Below, in pieces: positions 59,264 through 64,000 of a DNA stretch of 64,000 nucleotides. Origin of the DNA: Candidatus Vogelbacteria bacterium. GTDB taxonomy: Bacteria; Patescibacteriota; Minisyncoccia; Phycocordibacterales; JACRKE01. The notes below the pieces were generated by a model, which was not told the origin of the DNA, ran no database searches, and worked only from the letters and a program-made list of their open reading frames with translations. Both the position numbers and the translations under genes were made by a program. The DNA is taken from assembly GCA_016215335.1 (NCBI GenBank), contig JACRKE010000026.1, positions 1,711 through 65,710 on the forward strand. The letters run 5' to 3'. The stretch's first letter is position 1. Each line of letters opens with the position of its first letter.

Positions 59264-59292
59264 AATATACACTACTTACCTACATATGTCAA
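59264..59292 (-). promoter_or_regulatory. sigma70-type promoter of the antisense NUDIX gene
   Basis: TTGACA-17 bp-TATATT on the - strand. Confidence 0.7.
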
Positions 59293-59331
59293 GTAGTAGC
59301 AATCCCTGTATCTTAGGCCTATAATTAAGTC

Positions 59332-60291
59332 ATGAATGTTCATGAAAATGTTGATTTGAAAGCATATACTACGTTCGGCGTAGCCGGAGTGGCTCGCTGG
59401 TTTGCGATTGCCAGAAGCGAGTTTGATATTGATGATGCGTTCAAATGGGCAAAAAGTAGAGGAGAATCGATTCTCATATTAGGCGGTGGGAGCAATGTGG
59501 CCATTGCAGATGGGATAATAGAAAAATTAGTTTTGAAAATTTCAAATAATACAATCAGAGTTGAAGGCAACAAAATATTGTGTGGCGCGGGTACTGAGCT
59601 TTCCAAACTAATTCGTACGGCAAATATAAAAGGTCTGGATGGCCTAGAAGCAATGGCCGGTATTCCTGGAACCGTAGGAGGTGCGATAGTTGGTAATGCC
59701 GCAGCATATGGTCAGGCCATCGGTGACCACCTAGTCAGAGTACAAGTGATGGATTATGCAGATACAAGGTTCAACCCTGTTACAAGGTTGAACCTTGTGA
59801 ATAATGAAACAAAGACTTGGATTAGTAAAGCCGAGTGCGAATTCGCTTATCACGATTCTGTATTTGAACGAAAGCCCGCAATAATCATTCAGGCCGAGTT
59901 TGAATTTGATAAGGCTGAAGCTGATTTACTTCAAAAGAAATCAGCTGAAATACTTAAAATTCGTAAGAAAAAATTTCCGAAAAATGCGAAGTATCCAGGG
60001 TGCTTTTTCAAAAATGTTTGGGCCAACAAAGTTCCAAAACAAGTCCTCGCTGGAATTCCAAACGTCAAAGACTATTTTGGCAAAGTTCCCGCATGGTACT
60101 TTCTTAACGAGGTGGGTGCCCGTGGCATGATTCAGGGTGGTCTTAAAGTTTCTGAAACACATGGCAACTTGGTATTAAACGAAAACAACGCATCCTTTAA
60201 TGACGTCGAGGCGCTCGCGCTTGAGCTCAAAAAAAGGGTTAAAGAAAAGTTTGGGGTTGAGCTTGAAGAAGAGGTGCGCTTTGTGTCATAG
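59332..60291 (+). CDS. murB: UDP-N-acetylenolpyruvoylglucosamine reductase
   Basis: YTTFGV.G.A, LGGGSN, GIPGTVGGA..NA.AYG, GCFFKN, H.NLVLN, LEEEV. Confidence 0.92.
   Translation: MNVHENVDLKAYTTFGVAGVARWFAIARSEFDIDDAFKWAKSRGESILILGGGSNVAIADGIIEKLVLKISNNTIRVEGNKILCGAGTELSKLIRTANIKGLDGLEAMAGIPGTVGGAIVGNAAAYGQAIGDHLVRVQVMDYADTRFNPVTRLNLVNNETKTWISKAECEFAYHDSVFERKPAIIIQAEFEFDKAEADLLQKKSAEILKIRKKKFPKNAKYPGCFFKNVWANKVPKQVLAGIPNVKDYFGKVPAWYFLNEVGARGMIQGGLKVSETHGNLVLNENNASFNDVEALALELKKRVKEKFGVELEEEVRFVS
59764..59798. repeat. palindromic doublet inside the murB CDS
   Basis: ACAAGGTTCAACCCTGT-T-ACAAGGTTGAACCTTGT (1 mismatch); related AAGGTTAAACCTT at 54385-54397. Confidence 0.85.
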
Positions 60292-60301
60292 TATTTAGAT
60301 A

Positions 60302-61750
60302 ATGCCGGAATATACACCTACAATTGGTCTCGAGATACATGCTGAGTTGAAGACTCTCACCAAGATGTTTTGCAACTCAAAGAACGACCCGGATGAGAAG
60401 CGTCCGAATGTAAATATCTGTCCGGTTTGTATGGCGCATCCTGGCACCCTGCCAGTCATAAACAAAGCGGCAGTGAGACATATGATTCGTATTGGTCTCG
60501 CAGTAGGCGGAACTATTGCGGACTTTACCGAATTTGATCGAAAGAACTACTTTTATCCCGACATTCCTAAAGGTTACCAAATCAGTCAGTATAAATATCC
60601 AATCGTTACAGGAGGTACAATAAATGGCGTGGCGCTAACTCGAATACATCTTGAAGAAGACACTGCTCGTTCTCAACACGGCACAGGCGGGACAAGTCTT
60701 ATTGATTACAACCGCGCAGGGGTGCCTCTCATGGAGCTTGTCACTGAACCTGTAATCAAAAGTGCTAAACAAGCAGGCGATTTCGCTCGCGAGCTTCAGC
60801 TTGTTTTGCGATACCTCGGAGCATCTGAGGCAAATATGGAAAAAGGCGAGATGCGAGTTGAGGCTAATGTATCAGTTAGTAAAGACCAAGATAAATTTGG
60901 GACTAAAGTTGAAATAAAAAACTTGAACTCATTCAACGTGGTTGAACGCGCTATCAAATACGAAATTGAACGTCAGATTGATGAGATTGAAAATGGCGTG
61001 AAGGTCGTCCAAGAAACACGAGGTTGGGATGACGGCAAGCAGAAGACATATTCTCAGCGTGTTAAAGAAAGCTCCCATGATTATCGCTATTTTCCCGATC
61101 CAGATCTTCCAAAACTTAAATTAAGCGAAATAGAAGAGTTTAAGCAACTTAAGGAGACATTGCCTGAATTGCCTTGGCAGAAACGAGATAGGCTTAATAA
61201 AGAGTTTGGCTTGAGAGAAGAGGCGGTGGAAATTTTTGTCACTGATCATCCGATTGGGAAGTTCTTTGAAGATACGGTGAAAGGCCACGAATCAGACAAA
61301 GAGTTTGTTAGCTTGGCTTCAAACTATATTACAAGCGATATGCTTGCGTTACTGAAACTGGAGGATCCGACTGCTGATATTGGCGAAGACGAAGTCGCCC
61401 TAAGAATGTTTAAAATTTCTGCCACTGATTTCGCTGAGCTCATTACAATGCTTAAAGAAGGCAAAGTTTCATCACGCGCAGGCAAAGATATTTTGGGTGC
61501 GCTACTTCGCGTGGGTGGCTCGCCTAAGGAGTATGCGGAGAAACACACACTTCTGCAAAAAAATGATGAAGGTGAACTTGAGAAAATAATAGATGATATA
61601 ATTTCAACAAACGAAAAGGTTGCTTCCGAAGTAAAAGCGGGAAAAACCGCCGCGTTACAATTTTTACTCGGCCAAGCTATGAAAGTGACTAAAGGCAGTG
61701 CGAATCCAGCGATTCTCAAGTCTCTGTTTGAGAAGAAACTTTTAAGTTGA
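60302..61750 (+). CDS. gatB: Asp-tRNA(Asn)/Glu-tRNA(Gln) amidotransferase subunit B
   Basis: IGLEIHAEL, FDRKNYFYPD.PKGYQISQ, DYNRAGVPLMELVTEP, YRYFPDPDLP. Confidence 0.97.
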   Translation: MPEYTPTIGLEIHAELKTLTKMFCNSKNDPDEKRPNVNICPVCMAHPGTLPVINKAAVRHMIRIGLAVGGTIADFTEFDRKNYFYPDIPKGYQISQYKYPIVTGGTINGVALTRIHLEEDTARSQHGTGGTSLIDYNRAGVPLMELVTEPVIKSAKQAGDFARELQLVLRYLGASEANMEKGEMRVEANVSVSKDQDKFGTKVEIKNLNSFNVVERAIKYEIERQIDEIENGVKVVQETRGWDDGKQKTYSQRVKESSHDYRYFPDPDLPKLKLSEIEEFKQLKETLPELPWQKRDRLNKEFGLREEAVEIFVTDHPIGKFFEDTVKGHESDKEFVSLASNYITSDMLALLKLEDPTADIGEDEVALRMFKISATDFAELITMLKEGKVSSRAGKDILGALLRVGGSPKEYAEKHTLLQKNDEGELEKIIDDIISTNEKVASEVKAGKTAALQFLLGQAMKVTKGSANPAILKSLFEKKLLS

Positions 61751-61761
61751 GTTGTATTTCC

Positions 61762-61789
61762 TATATACTATTTACTATATACAATATAC
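61762..61789 (+). repeat. solo heptamer array, 4 units
   Basis: TATATAC TATTTAC TATATAC AATATAC; 61761-61795 differs at one base from 50355-50389. Confidence 0.95.
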
Positions 61790-61797
61790 TAATCAAT

Positions 61798-62253
61798 ATG
61801 CACATCTACCTAGGAACCGACCACGCTGGATTTGAACTTAAGGAAGAAGTAAAAACTTACCTTGAAGGGCTTGGACATATGGTCGACGATCTCGGTGCTT
61901 ATGTGTTTGACCCGAAAGATGACTATCCTGATTTCGTCGCACCTGTCGCACGAAAGATTTCTGAAGAGTACGCTAATCCAGAGGTGCGTGGAGTTGTTTT
62001 TGGGCGTACGGGCCAAGCAGAAGCTATGGTCTGCAACAGATTTCCGCATGTGCGCGCATCGCTTTACTACGGAGGACCTGTTGAGATTATCGCACTTTCA
62101 CGTCAGCACAATAATTCAAATATCCTTTCGCTTAGTGCTCACTTGATATCGTTTGAAGAGGCAAGACGTGCTCTCGACATGTGGCTCGCGACTGAGTACG
62201 AAGGCGGACGTCATGATGCGCGTTTAAAGAAAATTGAGGAATTAAACCAATAA
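61798..62253 (+). CDS. rpiB: ribose-5-phosphate isomerase B
   Basis: GTDHAGFELK, DDYPDF, SRQHNNSNIL, EGGRHDAR; the track's N-terminal extension is the translated heptamer array. Confidence 0.92.
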   Translation: MHIYLGTDHAGFELKEEVKTYLEGLGHMVDDLGAYVFDPKDDYPDFVAPVARKISEEYANPEVRGVVFGRTGQAEAMVCNRFPHVRASLYYGGPVEIIALSRQHNNSNILSLSAHLISFEEARRALDMWLATEYEGGRHDARLKKIEELNQ

Positions 62254-62255
62254 AG

Positions 62256-62972
62256 ATGTCAGTTCAAATAGTACCATCAATTATTGGCGGAAAATTCGAA
62301 GAAATAAAGCAGAAGTATGACCTTATACGGGGTCACACGGATTGGGTGCAGGTAGATGTTGTAGACGGACTTTTTGCAACACCTATAAGCTGGCCTTACA
62401 GGGGCGATGAAAATCTTCTCAAATTATGCGAATTAAATAGAGATGGTAAAGGACCAAATATCGAAGTGCATTTGATGATTGCAAATCCCGAATCAGAACT
62501 GGAAAGATGGCTCGATTCAGGGGCGAATAGAGTTTTATTTCATTTTGAAGCCACTGAAAAACCTAATGAGCTTATTGAGTTGGCAGAATCAGTAAGGCTT
62601 GCGGTTAACAAAAAACAAAAAACAAAATTCGTACATCACTACGCTGACGTTGGGATAGTGCTTATGATAAAAACTCCGCCGACAGTGCTCGACGACCTTT
62701 TGCATCCGCTTGATACTATTCAATATATGAGTATTGATAAAATTGGAAGTTACGGCGCTAAGTTCAATGATGCAGTTTATACCAGACTTGAATATACAAG
62801 AAAGAAATTTCCACGTGCTAATATAAGTGTTGATGGTGGAGTTTCTCTAGTAAATGCTCCAGCATTGATAGCCGCCGGTGCCACTCAGCTAGTAGTTGGA
62901 AGTGCTATCTGGAAAGCGAAAAATCCTGTGCAGGCACTAGAACATTTTAAGCATATAAAAGTAGCCAATTGA
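62256..62972 (+). CDS. rpe: ribulose-phosphate 3-epimerase
   Basis: IVPSI, QVDVVDG.F, EVHLMI, FHFEA, ISVDGGV, LVVGSAI. Confidence 0.88.
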   Translation: MSVQIVPSIIGGKFEEIKQKYDLIRGHTDWVQVDVVDGLFATPISWPYRGDENLLKLCELNRDGKGPNIEVHLMIANPESELERWLDSGANRVLFHFEATEKPNELIELAESVRLAVNKKQKTKFVHHYADVGIVLMIKTPPTVLDDLLHPLDTIQYMSIDKIGSYGAKFNDAVYTRLEYTRKKFPRANISVDGGVSLVNAPALIAAGATQLVVGSAIWKAKNPVQALEHFKHIKVAN

Positions 62973-62973
62973 G

Positions 62974-63201
62974 ATGGATGTAAAACCTGGAATTTACAGG
63001 CATTATAAAGGAGGATTGTATAAGGTTCATTTTGTAGCCAGACATTCAGAGACCCAAGATTTTTTTGTGGTCTACGAACACATGGAAGAAGACCGGACAC
63101 CTACAGGCGACTACTGGGTACGCCCAGCATCTATGTGGGATGACGTGATTCATAAACCGGAATACAGTGGCCCGAGATTTGTTTTTCTAGGCGTCAATTG
63201 A
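62974..63201 (+). CDS. DUF1653 domain protein
   Basis: GIYRHYKGGLY.V...ARHSET...VVY...WVRP..MW...PRF. Confidence 0.88.
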   Translation: MDVKPGIYRHYKGGLYKVHFVARHSETQDFFVVYEHMEEDRTPTGDYWVRPASMWDDVIHKPEYSGPRFVFLGVN

Positions 63202-63621
63202 TCAAGCTAAACCCTGCTCGGCAAGGTGTCTATCCTGAAGAAGTCTTTCCGCTCGGGGAATGTAATCTTCAGATGAGTATGTCTTGCCATCACTGAATGC
63301 TCCATCTCTTTGGTACAACTCTTTATCTTCAAACCACGGATCTTCAAACAACGAGAAGTATCTTTCGATCAGATTCAGTTTTTTGTTTATCAGACTAATT
63401 TCTTTCTCGCTTAACTTTATTCCTTCATCTATCGCATAATTAAAGTATCCTTCCGCCACTCCGAAGAGATTTTGTGATATGTGGAAAAAGTGCGAATCAA
63501 CGACTTTATCTTTTTTAATTTTTCCAATTATTTCATCCCGTTTCGCCTGCAATAAAGACAGTTTTTCTTCGGTAGTCTTCTCTGTGCCCATTGTCTCTTC
63601 ATTATTTAGTTCTTGGCTCAT
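63202..63621 (-). CDS. hypothetical protein
   Basis: 139-aa ORF filling the gap, with TGnTATACT 7 nt upstream of its ATG. Confidence 0.6.
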   Translation of the reverse strand: MSQELNNEETMGTEKTTEEKLSLLQAKRDEIIGKIKKDKVVDSHFFHISQNLFGVAEGYFNYAIDEGIKLSEKEISLINKKLNLIERYFSLFEDPWFEDKELYQRDGAFSDGKTYSSEDYIPRAERLLQDRHLAEQGLA

Positions 63622-63628
63622 TTTGTGT

Positions 63629-63657
63629 AGTATAACATTGTTTTATTGTGATAGAAT
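63629..63657. promoter_or_regulatory. back-to-back extended -10 promoters
   Basis: TG-t-TATACT on - (7 nt to ATG 63621) and TG-a-TAGAAT on + (6 nt to ATG 63664). Confidence 0.55.
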
Positions 63658-63663
63658 AGTTCA

Positions 63664-64000
63664 ATGATCACATTGAGGCAAGCTGTCAGTCAAGCCGGCG
63701 AAGATAGAAAGGCGATAGGCCATTTCAACGTCTCTACCATAGATGCGATCTGGGCGATATTTAATGCCGTTCGAGATATTAAGGCTCCTGCAGTCATAAT
63801 TGGTGTTTCTGAAGGCGAAAGAGACTTTATAGGATTAAAGCAGATAGTGGCTTTGGTTAAGAGTATTCGAGATGAGTATGATTATCCAATTTTTCTTAAT
63901 GCAGATCATTCGTATTCATTTGAAAGAGTTAAAGACGCGATAGATGCCGGATTTGATTCAGTGATTTTTGACGGAGCAAAATTAGGCATAGAAGATAATA
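63664..64000 (+). CDS. fba: class II fructose-bisphosphate aldolase (runs off the window)
   Basis: manual translation: AIGHFNVS, IIGVSEGER, IFLNADH, AIDAGFDSVIFDG. Confidence 0.9.
   Translation, partial: MITLRQAVSQAGEDRKAIGHFNVSTIDAIWAIFNAVRDIKAPAVIIGVSEGERDFIGLKQIVALVKSIRDEYDYPIFLNADHSYSFERVKDAIDAGFDSVIFDGAKLGIEDN

Noticed and set aside
61747-61797. N-terminal extensions in the ORF track for rpiB (also 48019-48057 and 3024-3053)
   Set aside because: They are translations of the heptamer arrays or the palindrome; downstream ATGs fit the protein families better.
294-63667. Numerous 60-195 aa overlapping ORFs in the track
   Set aside because: They lie antisense or out of frame within well-supported genes and carry no recognisable motifs.

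Overview
This is a chromosomal window from an AT-rich, reduced-genome bacterium. Patescibacteria/Parcubacteria (CPR) is inferred from gene content, and TGA is used as stop. Layout: a DUF559 nuclease, dinD, murC, rsmI and a TraD/VirD4-like ATPase (1-7.3 kb); a ~40-kb surface-glycan locus with many GT4/GT2/GT9 enzymes, GtrA, GT-C-like membrane proteins, methyltransferases, a KdsB-like enzyme, Wzx and an O-antigen-ligase/TPR protein (7.4-48 kb); an ABC1 kinase and four-helix-bundle module (48-50.6 kb); then secA, an amidase, three NUDIX genes, typA, murB, gatB, rpiB, rpe and fba. I recognised no rRNA, tRNA, CRISPR array or transposase. The strongest signal is eight arrays of 4-5 degenerate heptamers (consensus TAT[A/T/G]TAC). 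One inverted pair brackets the four-helix-bundle (IVP/Avd-like) gene, two inverted pairs are empty, and two arrays are solo. All five forward arrays sit 4-10 nt before a start codon. Also notable: several palindromic elements, some in frame inside genes; two unannotated paralogous small membrane proteins flanking the ABC1 kinase; a 20-aa Lys/Ala peptide gene between two structured elements; apparently leaderless promoters; and antisense Shine-Dalgarno-led cassettes.
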